A stretch of DNA of 63,973 nt, counting the filler, from an uncultured bacterium (GTDB lineage: Bacteria; DAOPZR01): the NCBI GenBank assembly GCA_964637655.1. It is 4 parts of 4 records of this genome, joined end to end, with 100 filler letters (N's around TTAATTAATTAA, not from the genome) between each part and the next. Parts side by side here need not be neighbours in the genome. Positions count along the whole stretch, not along the records: positions 1 to 16,762 come from CAZWUZ010000042.1; positions 16,863 to 33,528 come from CAZWUZ010000043.1; 2 more parts are not named here. The stretch is one strand, 5' to 3'. The notes beneath the pieces were generated by a model. It worked only from the letters and a program-made list of their open reading frames with translations, had not been told where the DNA came from and did not search any database. Position numbers and translations under genes: made by a program. Of the stretch, positions 9,218 through 18,557 are shown one piece after another; the first letter of the stretch is position 1; every line of letters starts with the position of its first letter.

Positions 9218-11025
9218 CGCCGACCCTGTCGGTGGCAGCGGCATCCATCGTCTTCCTGCTCGTCCCGCTTGGCGTGCTGATCTTCTACTCGTTCAATACG
9301 GGGAAAGTCATCAACCAGTGGGCGGGCTTCTCGCTGCACTGGTATAGCGATGTGTTGCGCGACCGGGCGCTGCTCTTCTCCGTGCGCAACTCACTCACGG
9401 TTGCCTTCTTCAGCACCATTATCGCCACCGTGCTCGGCACAATGATCGCGCTGGCCATCGGCAGCATGCGCGGGCGCAACGCGAAGCTGTTCTACAACCT
9501 GCTCTATGTCCCGGTCATCCTCCCGGAAATCATTTTCGGGGTGGCCCTGCTCGCACTCTTCGTGCTCATCGGTTTTCCGCTCGGGCTGACCACGGTCTGC
9601 ATTGCCCACGTCACCTTCACCCTGCCCTTTGTCGCGCTCATCGTCATCGCGCGCGTGCAGACGCTCGATCCCGCCCTCTCCGAAGCGAGCATGGACCTCG
9701 GGGCTACCCGCTGGCAGACCCTGCGCCTGGTCATTCTCCCCGCGCTCGCGCCCGCCATTGTCGCCGGCGCCCTCTTCGCCTTCACCGGCAGTATCGACGA
9801 CCTCGTCGCCACCTTCTTCACCGCCGGGGTCGGGGCCTCGACCATGCCGCTGCGGATTTACGCGCTGCTCAAAACCGAGATGACGCCGTTGCTCAACGCC
9901 CTCTCGACCATGCTGATCATCCTCACCGTGGCGGCGGTAAGCGCGGCCTCCCTGCTGCAGGGGACGGGAAGGACGCGCCGCACCGGCGCGGTGCTCGCCG
10001 CGCTGCTGGTCATGGGGGTGCTGCTGCTCTTCGCCTTTACCGGCACGACCATCGACCGCGACCGCGTGGTGCATATCTGGAGCTGGTCAAACTATATCGC
10101 GCCGGACGTTATTGCCGCGTTCGAGCGCGAACACGACATGACCGTCACCTACGATTTCCTCAATGACAACGAGGAGATGCTCGCCAAACTGCAGTCGGGC
10201 GCGGGCGGATACGACATCATCATCCCCTCCGGCTACATGGTCGAGATTCTCAAGCGGGAGAACCTCATCCGGCCCATCGGCAACGTGCCGAACCGCGCCC
10301 TGCTCGACACTGCCTTTACCAACCTCGAGTATGATACCAGCGGCCGCTACTACATCCCCTACACCTACGGCTGCTCGGGCTACGGGTACGACACGCGGGT
10401 CATCACCACGCGCCCTGACACGCTCGGCATCATGTGGGACGAACGCCACCGCGGGCGCCTGCTGATGCTCGACGACCCGTTCGAGACCCTCTTTGCCGGC
10501 TATGTCCGGCTCGGGCTCGACTGGACGCTGCGGCGCCCCGCCGACCTGGCTGCCGCCGTCGCCGAACTGCGCCGGCAGAAGCCGCTGCTCAAGAAGTACG
10601 ACTCCAATTTCTACAAGGAGATGCTGGCCGCCGGCGAGGTCGATATCGTCCACTGCTGGAACGGCACGATTTACAAGCTGCGGCGCGAGCAGGGAGCTGA
10701 CGCGCATGTTGATTTCTTCGTGCCGCAGGAGGGCGCGCTCTTCTTTAACGATAATTTTGCCATTCCGCGCGACGCGCAGCATCCGGAGAACGCCGAACAG
10801 TTCATCAATTTCATGCTGCGCCCCGACATGACCGCGCGCAATATCACCGTCACCGGCTATGCCATGCCCAACCCCGCTGCCATCGCCCTGCTGCCGCCCG
10901 AGGTGGCGGATAACCCGTACATCTTCGTGCCGCGCGAACAGCTCGACCGCTGCCGCCTGCTCCCTGATTTCGGCGAGTTCAATCACCAGATGCTCGAGGC
11001 ATGGACGCGACTCAAGGCCGAGTAG
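9169..11025 (+). CDS. potC: Fused polyamine ABC permease (PotC) and substrate-binding protein (PotD)
   Basis: N-half PotC (GFSLHWY, EASMDLGA, SIDD); C-half PotD (WSNYI, YDIIIPSGYMV, PQEGA..FNDNFAIP); one 618-aa frame with GTG start and GGAG RBS. Confidence 0.87.
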   Translation: MASNLSRSNGLGIGRGAPTLSVAAASIVFLLVPLGVLIFYSFNTGKVINQWAGFSLHWYSDVLRDRALLFSVRNSLTVAFFSTIIATVLGTMIALAIGSMRGRNAKLFYNLLYVPVILPEIIFGVALLALFVLIGFPLGLTTVCIAHVTFTLPFVALIVIARVQTLDPALSEASMDLGATRWQTLRLVILPALAPAIVAGALFAFTGSIDDLVATFFTAGVGASTMPLRIYALLKTEMTPLLNALSTMLIILTVAAVSAASLLQGTGRTRRTGAVLAALLVMGVLLLFAFTGTTIDRDRVVHIWSWSNYIAPDVIAAFEREHDMTVTYDFLNDNEEMLAKLQSGAGGYDIIIPSGYMVEILKRENLIRPIGNVPNRALLDTAFTNLEYDTSGRYYIPYTYGCSGYGYDTRVITTRPDTLGIMWDERHRGRLLMLDDPFETLFAGYVRLGLDWTLRRPADLAAAVAELRRQKPLLKKYDSNFYKEMLAAGEVDIVHCWNGTIYKLRREQGADAHVDFFVPQEGALFFNDNFAIPRDAQHPENAEQFINFMLRPDMTARNITVTGYAMPNPAAIALLPPEVADNPYIFVPREQLDRCRLLPDFGEFNHQMLEAWTRLKAE

Positions 11026-11999
11026 GGCGTCGCGTTGCCGCCCTCGCCGGCGGCGGGTTGCTGACTGCGCTGCTGCTTGTGCACCTGCTGCACCACGTGC
11101 TGCCCGGCAACTTCACCTTTGCCGCGCTGACCAATTTCCGCCTGCAGTTCGGTGTGCTGGCACTGCTGGCGTCAGTGCTGCTGCTTGTTGCGCGACCGCA
11201 AAAGCTGATGGTGCTCACCCTGCTGCCCGCCCTCTGGTGGCTGGGCGGGGTTGGTCTGTATTACCTTCCTGCCGGCACGCCGGCGCTGGCCGCCCCCGCG
11301 GCGCAGCCATTGAAACTGCTGTACGCCAATGTCAACACCGCCAACCGCGACCATGCCGCGCTGCTGCGCCTCATAGCGGCGGAGCAGCCCGATATCATCG
11401 GCCTGCTGGAAACCGACGAGGTGTGGCGTGACGCATTGCTGCCGCTGCACGACACCTGGCCGCAGCAGGTGGCGGAATACCGCAGCGACAACTTCGGGCT
11501 GGTGCTCCTCTCGCGCCTGCCGCTGGCCGAAAGCGATATCCTGCACGCGCCGGAGACCGGGCTCGGTACTGTCCGCGCGGTCGTTGCCCTGGACGACCGG
11601 TCACTGACCTGCTACCTCACCCATCCGCTGCCGCCATCGCACGACCGCCAGCTGCAATGGCGCGATGATCAGCTGCGCTGGCTGGCGACGCAGGCCGCCT
11701 CCACGCCGGGCGAAATCATCGTCATGGGTGATTTCAATGCCACAGACGGGACCGGCATCCTGCAGGAATTTGCCGCCCTGTCAGGGCTGCGTGACACGCG
11801 CCACGGTTTCGGCTGGCAGCCGACCTGGCCCGACTACCAGGCCGAGGCAAAAGCGCTGCCGCTCGCCCCGCTCTGGCCGTGGCTGCTGCGCATCCCGCTC
11901 GACCATGTCTTTGTCTCGCCAACTCTGACGGTCCGCGACCGCCGCGTCGGGTCGCCCATCGGCAGCGACCACCGTCCTGTCCTTGTCACATTGCTCTGA
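11001..11999 (+). CDS. Endonuclease/exonuclease/phosphatase (EEP) family membrane protein
   Basis: Three N-terminal TM segments; YANV, PDIIGLLE, MGDFNA, LDHVF, GSDHRP motifs. Confidence 0.85.
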   Translation: MDATQGRVGRRVAALAGGGLLTALLLVHLLHHVLPGNFTFAALTNFRLQFGVLALLASVLLLVARPQKLMVLTLLPALWWLGGVGLYYLPAGTPALAAPAAQPLKLLYANVNTANRDHAALLRLIAAEQPDIIGLLETDEVWRDALLPLHDTWPQQVAEYRSDNFGLVLLSRLPLAESDILHAPETGLGTVRAVVALDDRSLTCYLTHPLPPSHDRQLQWRDDQLRWLATQAASTPGEIIVMGDFNATDGTGILQEFAALSGLRDTRHGFGWQPTWPDYQAEAKALPLAPLWPWLLRIPLDHVFVSPTLTVRDRRVGSPIGSDHRPVLVTLL

Positions 12000-12029
12000 A
12001 CATGCACCCTGCCACACGCTGGTGGGTTA

Positions 12030-12058
12030 TTGACGACGCCCGGCGCGAATGCTACGAT
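12030..12058 (+). promoter_or_regulatory. Sigma70-type promoter
   Basis: TTGACG, 17-bp spacer, TACGAT with TGn extension, upstream of the 12146 ORF. Confidence 0.45.
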
Positions 12059-12145
12059 GCAACACCAGTGCGGGAGCGCGATACGGTGGCGCAGTGCGTT
12101 ATGCCTTACGCGTTGCCCGGCGCACAGCATGAGGAATGACCTGCC

Positions 12146-12817
12146 ATGACCCACGCCCGAAGAGGTAAGACAGCGTCCGTTGTTGCAGTCATCAGGGAAC
12201 TGCCCGCGCTCGCCCTGCTGTGCGTCCTCAGCACAGCGTTTTCGTGCTCCGGAGCATTCGCTTCGAAACCTGATATCATCAATCCGATATTGCAGGTGGC
12301 AATTTGCACCGGCGTTGCTGAAGGCAACAGCGACATATTGTTCCAGGTGATGGTCTATAATCATGAGCGGTATGAAAACTACCATCTCAGGTACCAGTAC
12401 CTGTGTGAACGTTTCGGCTGCGAAAGAATTGCTGAACTTTTCGGTTTCTTTCCGAAGTTTTCCATCCTGCGCGGCGATAGCGATATTGCTCAAGCCGGCC
12501 GCGATTTCGCCCGTGAGCACCCCGCCCATGCGGCGAAGCAGCTGCTGGCACCATGGTCACCCGATGTGGGCTGGCATGCTGACTTTCCCACTGATGCCGC
12601 CTGTGCCCTGCTGCGTGCTGCCGGACCGGAGTATGCCCCGCTGGTGGACGCCCTGCGCCAGCAAGTTTCCCAATTACCGCCTCCGTCTCCGTACATGGAC
12701 ACGTCTGACGGCACGCCTCCGGAAAGGCCCCCCGCCTGGGTGCTGCCGGCAGCTGTCGCCAGCGCGGTTGTCCTGCTTGTTCTCTGTTTTGTCGCCTGGC
12801 GCATCATCCGTCACTGA
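12146..12817 (+). CDS. Hypothetical exported protein with C-terminal membrane anchor
   Basis: GAGGA RBS, signal-like N-terminus, Pro-rich linker, C-terminal hydrophobic helix followed by WRIIRH. Confidence 0.55.
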   Translation: MTHARRGKTASVVAVIRELPALALLCVLSTAFSCSGAFASKPDIINPILQVAICTGVAEGNSDILFQVMVYNHERYENYHLRYQYLCERFGCERIAELFGFFPKFSILRGDSDIAQAGRDFAREHPAHAAKQLLAPWSPDVGWHADFPTDAACALLRAAGPEYAPLVDALRQQVSQLPPPSPYMDTSDGTPPERPPAWVLPAAVASAVVLLVLCFVAWRIIRH

Positions 12818-12969
12818 CCGGAACATGCATGGGGACAATCCCCGTTTCCATGGTACAGCTGCGCTGGCTTCGGCAGTGACCACCGTCATCTCCTGCTCAC
12901 CCTGCAGTAGAGAGCAGCGTGTCGGCCGTCAGGCGTGCAAATCCGCGATTATTGAGGTAAACTCGTGCC

Positions 12970-13548
12970 GTGAACGATAACCATCTGAGTCCTTTTCCCG
13001 ATGTGCGGTTTGCCGGCAGCGTGCGCTTCACCCTGCGCCTGGGCGCGTTGCACACCTTCGGGGCTGACGCTGTTTTCTGCGCCGCCCCGCCTGATCTGAC
13101 GCCGGCAGGAGCAATGCGCCACGCGCTGCTGCAGGCCGCCGGCGAAGGACCCTACGAGGAATGCCGGTTTTATGCCGGGATAAAACAGATGTCACCGGGT
13201 ACCGCGCTGCTCACCGCCGCGGGCCGCCTGCAGGCGCGCCATCTGTTGCACCTCGTGCTCCCCGACTGGCAGGCGGGAAGCGCAGAAGCGTTGCGCCGCT
13301 ATACGGCTGCCCTGCGCGTGGCGTTTGCTCTCGCGCACAAGCACAGCGCGCGCAGCATTGTCATGCCGCTGCTGGGGACGGAGCTGAACAGCTGGCCGGC
13401 GGAGCATGCCATGAGCGCAATGCTCGAAGCGGTTTTCACCGCGCTGGAACTGCACCCGGCGGCCTTCGACAGTTTCACCTGGGCGCTACGCGACAGCAGC
13501 GAGCAGGCTGCCGCCCGCGCGGTTTTCGCACAGCTCGACCGGTCCTGA
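12970..13548 (+). CDS. Macro domain protein (divergent)
   Basis: GADAVFCAA, PGTALLTAAGRLQARHLLHLVLP, SIVMPLLGT match the macro-fold pattern. Confidence 0.72.
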   Translation: MNDNHLSPFPDVRFAGSVRFTLRLGALHTFGADAVFCAAPPDLTPAGAMRHALLQAAGEGPYEECRFYAGIKQMSPGTALLTAAGRLQARHLLHLVLPDWQAGSAEALRRYTAALRVAFALAHKHSARSIVMPLLGTELNSWPAEHAMSAMLEAVFTALELHPAAFDSFTWALRDSSEQAAARAVFAQLDRS

Positions 13549-14364
13549 TTACCCGCGGTCGAGCGCCGCGCGCATCTCCTGCCGTTTGGTCATCGTCACC
13601 GCATGGGTTTCGTCAAAGACTGCCGGCAGGCCGCGGCGCAGCACCTGCACGCCCTGTTCGGTGATGCCCCCCTTCGTTGCCACGCGCTCGATGGCCTGCG
13701 CAAAGGTCAGCCGCTTCTCGATAAGCAGGCGCGCCAGCCCGCGCAGCGTGACATTGAGCATCAGTTCCGCCTCCTGCGGGTCAAGATCACTGATGCGCAA
13801 CGCGGCTTGCAGGTACTCGTCGGCAATCGCGGCCAGCAGGCCGGGGGCGCAACTTGTCAGGTTGGAACAGATGGACATGTGCCGTTCCGCGACCACCGCC
13901 ACCGTGGCGATGCTCCCGAGCAGCCGCTCGCACTCCTGCCGCTGCGCGGCGCTGACCGGGCCGGTGTGACAGAGCAGGGCGATGCCGTCGCGCACCTCGG
14001 AGGTGACACTGGGGATGCACTTGGAGTTGGCGCCGGCGCGGAGGCCCGCCAGGTAGTCGAGGGTCACCCCGGCTGCCAGCGAAACAAGATGTGTTTCAGC
14101 GCGCAGTGCGGGGAGGAGTGCCCCGAGCACGGGCCTGACCTCCATCGGCTTGACGCAGAGGAACAGGATATCCGCTGCTGCCGCCACCGCGGCATTGTCA
14201 GCGGCAACGGTTGCCCCCGGTACCTCCGCGGCGGCGCGGTCGCGTGAGGCCGCTGACCGCGATGAAATATGCAGCTGCTCCGCCTTGCAGGCGCCGGCAG
14301 CGACGAACCCGCGCGCCAGCATCCCCCCCATGCTCCCGTAGCCGATAATGCCGATGGTGTTCAT
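13549..14364 (-). CDS. proC: Pyrroline-5-carboxylate reductase family protein (ProC/ComER-like)
   Basis: IGIIGYGSMG, FLCVKP, SLAAG, VATKGGIT. Confidence 0.78.
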   Translation of the reverse strand: MNTIGIIGYGSMGGMLARGFVAAGACKAEQLHISSRSAASRDRAAAEVPGATVAADNAAVAAAADILFLCVKPMEVRPVLGALLPALRAETHLVSLAAGVTLDYLAGLRAGANSKCIPSVTSEVRDGIALLCHTGPVSAAQRQECERLLGSIATVAVVAERHMSICSNLTSCAPGLLAAIADEYLQAALRISDLDPQEAELMLNVTLRGLARLLIEKRLTFAQAIERVATKGGITEQGVQVLRRGLPAVFDETHAVTMTKRQEMRAALDRG

Positions 14365-15488
14365 GCCTGCCCTCCCGTGAGTTCACCCAGTGTCGCGATG
14401 AAGGTGTCTATGTCCTGCCGGTTGTTGTAGAAGTTCACCGCGACGCGCAGGCCGCGTTTGCGCACGGAAACGAGAATGCCGCGTGCAGCCAGCGCCACCG
14501 CAACCTGTTCCTTATCCGGCACATCGACGATGGTGATGCCCGCGCGCTCATGTGCTGCCCGCGGCGAGACGATGCGCCAGCCGCCCGCGTCGAGCTGCGC
14601 CCGCAGGTATTCGGTCAGCTCGTCGATGCGCGTGGCGATGTTCACTATGCCGAGGCGTTCCACCAGTTCTACCGTGGCACCGAACGCGAAGATATTCGGG
14701 AACGATGGTCCACCCCCTTCCAGCGCCACCGCCCCCGTCTTGAAATCGGTGCTGCGGTTGTCCATGGCCGGCGGGTGCTTGACGCTCATCCAGCTGGCGG
14801 CGGGAAGCGTGGTGCCGTCGAGCAGGCCCGGGCGCAGGTAGAGCAGTCCGATGCCGTAGCCGGACAGTCCCCACTTGTTGCACGAACAGACGAGGCAGTC
14901 GAGGTTGAGCGCCTGCACGTCGAGCGGCAGCGCGCAGATGCTCTGCGAGGCATCGACCACGAGCATGACCCCGCGCGCGCGGCACATGCGGGCGCAGGCG
15001 GCGATATCCTGGCGGAACCCGGTGGCGTACTGCACCGTGCTGACCACCGCGGTTTTTACTGCCGGCGTGAGCGCCGCGGCAAAACGCTCCGGGGTGATGC
15101 GGCACTGTGCATCACCAGCAAGGAAATCGACCTGGTCCCCGCAGTTGAGGAACGGGATGGTAGCGGTGGGGAAATCGTCGTCCATGGCCAGCACCGCGCC
15201 CGTTCCCTGCCGCCACTGCGCGATGAGGTTCATCGCGTGCGAGGTGTTCTGCACGAAGGCGAGCGCGGCCGGGTCGGCATTGAGGAAGCGCGCTACGCGG
15301 GCACGCGTCTCCTCCACCCGCCGCAGCCAGTCGTGCCACGGCCGGTCCCCGTCGCTGAGCGACTCGTCGTAGTAGCGCACCGCGGCATCACGCGTCGCGC
15401 GCGCCATGGGCCCGCCCCCCGCGGTGCTCAGGTAAGTATACTTCTGCAGCGCGGGGAACTCCGCCCGCACCGCCTCCCAGTCGGTCAT
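14361..15488 (-). CDS. Class V aminotransferase / cysteine desulfurase-like PLP enzyme
   Basis: VRAEFP..YLSTA, NTSHA, VVDASQ, SCNKW (PLP lysine), LRVAVNFYN. Confidence 0.85.
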   Translation of the reverse strand: MTDWEAVRAEFPALQKYTYLSTAGGGPMARATRDAAVRYYDESLSDGDRPWHDWLRRVEETRARVARFLNADPAALAFVQNTSHAMNLIAQWRQGTGAVLAMDDDFPTATIPFLNCGDQVDFLAGDAQCRITPERFAAALTPAVKTAVVSTVQYATGFRQDIAACARMCRARGVMLVVDASQSICALPLDVQALNLDCLVCSCNKWGLSGYGIGLLYLRPGLLDGTTLPAASWMSVKHPPAMDNRSTDFKTGAVALEGGGPSFPNIFAFGATVELVERLGIVNIATRIDELTEYLRAQLDAGGWRIVSPRAAHERAGITIVDVPDKEQVAVALAARGILVSVRKRGLRVAVNFYNNRQDIDTFIATLGELTGGQA

Positions 15489-15500
15489 CCCGCCCTCCGG

Positions 15501-15532
15501 CAAACAAAAAGGGCCGCCGGTAAGGGCGGCCC
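15501..15532 (-). terminator. Rho-independent terminator after the cysteine-synthase-family gene
   Basis: Stem GGGCCGCC / GGCGGCCC, 6-nt loop, followed by TTTTTGTTTG on the minus strand. Confidence 0.7.
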
Positions 15533-15558
15533 GGAAACAGCGTGCACCATGACGGCAA

Positions 15559-16536
15559 CTACGTGACGTAGCGCTCCTCGGTGAGGTAGCGGTTCATGTG
15601 GTCGCAGAGCAGCGTGACGATGCGCAGCTTCTTCCCGTTGGCCTTCTTCGCCTCTTCCAGCGCGTAGTGGACATTGGCGCCTGACGAAATACCGCAGTAA
15701 AGCCCTTCCTCACGCCAGATACGGTGCGCCATCTCGCGCGCTTCGCTGTCGCTCGTCTGCACCAGGACATCGATAAGCCGCTCGGCCTTGAGCATCTTCG
15801 TGACGATGCCCCCCTTGATCTCGGTCGCGGGGAAATCCATGCCGGGGTGCCAGAGTTCCTTGGAACTGGCGGGCTGGATGCCGATGACCTTGACGCCGGG
15901 AATCTCCTTCTTGAGCACCTGGGCGATGCCGACGAGCGAGCCGGCGGTGCCGATCGACTGCACGAAGACGTCGATCTTGCCGTCGGTCTGCTCGAGGATC
16001 TCCTGCGCGGTCACGTGGTGCGACTTGACGTTGTCCTCGTTGCTGAACTGCCGCGCCCACCAGATCTTGTCGGGATTGGCCTGCTCATCGTTGTAGCAGA
16101 GCTGGCGGCCGGGGAGCTCGACCTCGGAACCCGCGATGCTGCGCTCGCGCAGCGCCTCGATGTCATCGGGCTCCATCAGGCGGACTTCCGCCCCGACATT
16201 CTCCATCATCTTCTTCTTTTCCGAGCCGGCCTTGCCGGGCATGGTCTCGTAGATGCAGACGTTGTAGCCCTTCATGCGGCCGACGGACGACAGGGCGAAC
16301 CCGGTGTTCCCCGTGCTCGACTCGATGAGCGTGTAGCCGGGCTTGATGCGCCCCGCCTTCTCCGCCCCCTCGATCATGGCGAGAGCAATGCGGTCCTTGA
16401 GCGAGCCCGACGGGTTCATGTATTCGAGCTTGACGAGGATTTCGCAGCCCGTCCCCTGCGGGATACTGTTCAGCCGGACCATCGGCGTATCACCGATCAG
16501 TTCCAGCATGCTGTTGTAGATCTGCTTGTGACGCAT
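15559..16536 (-). CDS. PLP-dependent cysteine synthase / cystathionine beta-synthase family protein
   Basis: IGDTPMVRL, KLEYMNPSGSLKDRIA, SSTGNTG, QFSN, GISSGAN. Confidence 0.87.
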   Translation of the reverse strand: MRHKQIYNSMLELIGDTPMVRLNSIPQGTGCEILVKLEYMNPSGSLKDRIALAMIEGAEKAGRIKPGYTLIESSTGNTGFALSSVGRMKGYNVCIYETMPGKAGSEKKKMMENVGAEVRLMEPDDIEALRERSIAGSEVELPGRQLCYNDEQANPDKIWWARQFSNEDNVKSHHVTAQEILEQTDGKIDVFVQSIGTAGSLVGIAQVLKKEIPGVKVIGIQPASSKELWHPGMDFPATEIKGGIVTKMLKAERLIDVLVQTSDSEAREMAHRIWREEGLYCGISSGANVHYALEEAKKANGKKLRIVTLLCDHMNRYLTEERYVT

Positions 16537-16634
16537 AGTTTTCTCCTTGTTCCGATTTCCGGACGTACATGCCCGGAAAGACGTCCCTCCGGGCGGTAAA
16601 CCGTACCGTGACGGTTTGCTGCGTGGCAGGGCCG

Positions 16635-16760
16635 CTACTCCTTGGAGTGGCGGTCGACAAACATCGTACTGATGCCCAGTTCTTTCATGCGCAGAAAGTT
16701 GGCCCAGCGGTTCTTGCCGATGGTCTTCTTGATCGTGCCCGGCTTGAGGTCGAGCGGCGC
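16635..16760 (-). CDS. 3' fragment of an unidentified gene cut by the contig end
   Basis: Frame reads APLDLKPGTIKKTIGKNRWANFLRMKELGISTMFVDRHSKE* with strongly G/C-ending codons; co-oriented with the downstream gene; not in the ORF track. Confidence 0.6.
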   Translation of the reverse strand, partial: APLDLKPGTIKKTIGKNRWANFLRMKELGISTMFVDRHSKE

Positions 16761-16762
16761 AT

Positions 16763-16862
16763 NNNNNNNNNNNNNNNNNNNNNNNNNNNNNNNNNNNNNN
16801 NNNNNNTTAATTAATTAANNNNNNNNNNNNNNNNNNNNNNNNNNNNNNNNNNNNNNNNNNNN
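16763..16862. other. Artificial contig spacer
   Basis: N44 + TTAATTAATTAA (stops in all six frames) + N44. Confidence 0.97.
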
Positions 16863-17701
16863 GGCTGACGGACACCGGCGATGCCGCGGGAGAATGAGGC
16901 GCGCATTTCCGCCGCCCGGTCGAGCAGCACCGGAGAAAGAAACGCGCAGCCGAAACGGCGCAGCAGCGCCGTCGCCCGCGCCTCCTGGAAATGCAGCAGC
17001 AGCATGACGACCAGTGCGCCGCCGAACACCACCACCCCGGCCAGCCCGGCCCAGCGCACCTCGGGTGACGCCACCGGCATGGTCAGCAGCAGGGCGAGGA
17101 GGAAAAGCAGGATGGCGATGCCGTCCCAGATGCGTTCCATCACCACCGTGGCGAACGCCGCGCTCTTGCTGATGTTCTCCGTGCGGGCGATGACATAGGC
17201 GCGGAGGAATTCACCCGCCCGGGCCGGGTAGATGCAGTTGCCCCAGAACCCGATCATCAGCGCGTCGAGCGAATTGCGGAACGAGATCGGCTTGACCGTG
17301 TGCAGCAGCACCTGCCAGCGCAGCGCCCGCACCAGGTAGGCGAGCAGCGTCGGTACCAGCGCAACCAGCAGCACACCGTAGTGCGCGTCACACAGCGCCT
17401 GCCACGCCGCGCGCGGGTCGATCCAGTCGAAGAGCAGGAGCAGGCAGACCACGGTGATGCCAAAACCGAACCACAGCCGCCCCGAGAGGCGCGCGCGCAG
17501 CGGGGTCAGATAGAGCAGCGCCACCAGCACGTAGACCGCGGCCGTGGCGGTGTAGAGCCAGAACAGGTAGGGAGCGGCGCCGCGCGCCAGTTTCACCGCG
17601 CAGAGCACCGCCGGCAGCAGCAGGCAGACGGCGACGATGGCCGCCTTGCCGCGCGCCCAGAGGCGCGCCAGCGTCAGCGCCCGCGCGTCGCACTCAGCCA
17701 T
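16863..17701 (-). CDS. Lysylphosphatidylglycerol synthase TM / UPF0104 flippase-like membrane protein (3' truncated)
   Basis: RALRWQVLL, GNCIYPARAGEFLR, ATVVMERIWD; runs into the spacer. Confidence 0.82.
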
Positions 17702-18557
17702 AAATCACGAGCAGCACGCTCAGCCCCCAGAGCAGCAGCGCGCCCTGCAGCGGGCGGTCGGTCAGCACCGCCTGCTCGGGCGCGCCCGCCTGCCCGCGTT
17801 CCAGCAGGTAGAGGTAGCGGAAGATCCCGAAGATGACAAAGAGCAGCGTGTACTTCAGCCCGTCGGTGCCGAAATGCACACGCGTCTCGTCCGCCACCGT
17901 GTAGAGCGCGTAGACGACGATGACCGAGGCGGTGGTGACGGCGATGAAACGGTCGAGCAGCACCGGGGTGTACTGCGCCAGCACCGGGCGGTGCGCGTCG
18001 GGCTGCGCCAGCTGGCGCACTTCGCTGAGGCGCTTGGCCAGCGCGAGGAAGAGCGCGAGCAGGAAACTGGCCAGCAGCAGCCAGGTCGAACAGGCCACCC
18101 CGACCGCGGCCGCCCCCGCGTAGGCGCGCAGGGCGAAGCCCGCGGCGATGACCATGACATCGATGATGACCAGCTGCTTGAGCCGCAGGTTATAGGCAAC
18201 CATCAGCGCCGCGTAGGCGCTGAGCGCGGCGAGGAAGGCGGGGGGCAGCGGCAGCGCGAGCAACAGGCCCGCCCCGAGCGAAACGACCCCGAACAGCGTC
18301 GCCGCTGCCGGCGTGATGTCGCCCGCCGCCACCGGGCGCAGGCGTTTGCGCGGGTGCTGCCGGTCCGCCGCCGCGTCACGCACGTCGTTGAGCGCGTAGA
18401 TGCCGCCGGCGACGAGGCAGAAGGCGAGCACCGCGAGCAGCGCCGCCAGCGCCTCCCCCGGCTCGCTCAGGCGCTGCCCGAACACCACCCCGGCGAGGAC
18501 AAAGAGGTTCTTGGTCCACTGCGCCGGCCGCCACAGCCGCAGGCAGGCGCGCAGCAT
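17694..18557 (-). CDS. Decaprenyl-phosphate phosphoribosyltransferase (UbiA family)
   Basis: RPAQWTKN, YALNDVRD..ADRQHPRKRLRP, KRLSE, FGIFRYL. Confidence 0.85.
   Translation of the reverse strand: MLRACLRLWRPAQWTKNLFVLAGVVFGQRLSEPGEALAALLAVLAFCLVAGGIYALNDVRDAAADRQHPRKRLRPVAAGDITPAAATLFGVVSLGAGLLLALPLPPAFLAALSAYAALMVAYNLRLKQLVIIDVMVIAAGFALRAYAGAAAVGVACSTWLLLASFLLALFLALAKRLSEVRQLAQPDAHRPVLAQYTPVLLDRFIAVTTASVIVVYALYTVADETRVHFGTDGLKYTLLFVIFGIFRYLYLLERGQAGAPEQAVLTDRPLQGALLLWGLSVLLVIYG

Noticed and set aside
16569-16814. 81-aa plus-strand ORF running into the spacer
   Set aside because: The minus-strand frame 16635-16760 has better codon usage and matches the orientation of the downstream genes.
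16807-16818. TTAATTAATTAA palindrome repeated at 16807, 33573 and 50286
   Set aside because: Each sits in the middle of identical N-runs; it is an artificial six-frame-stop linker.
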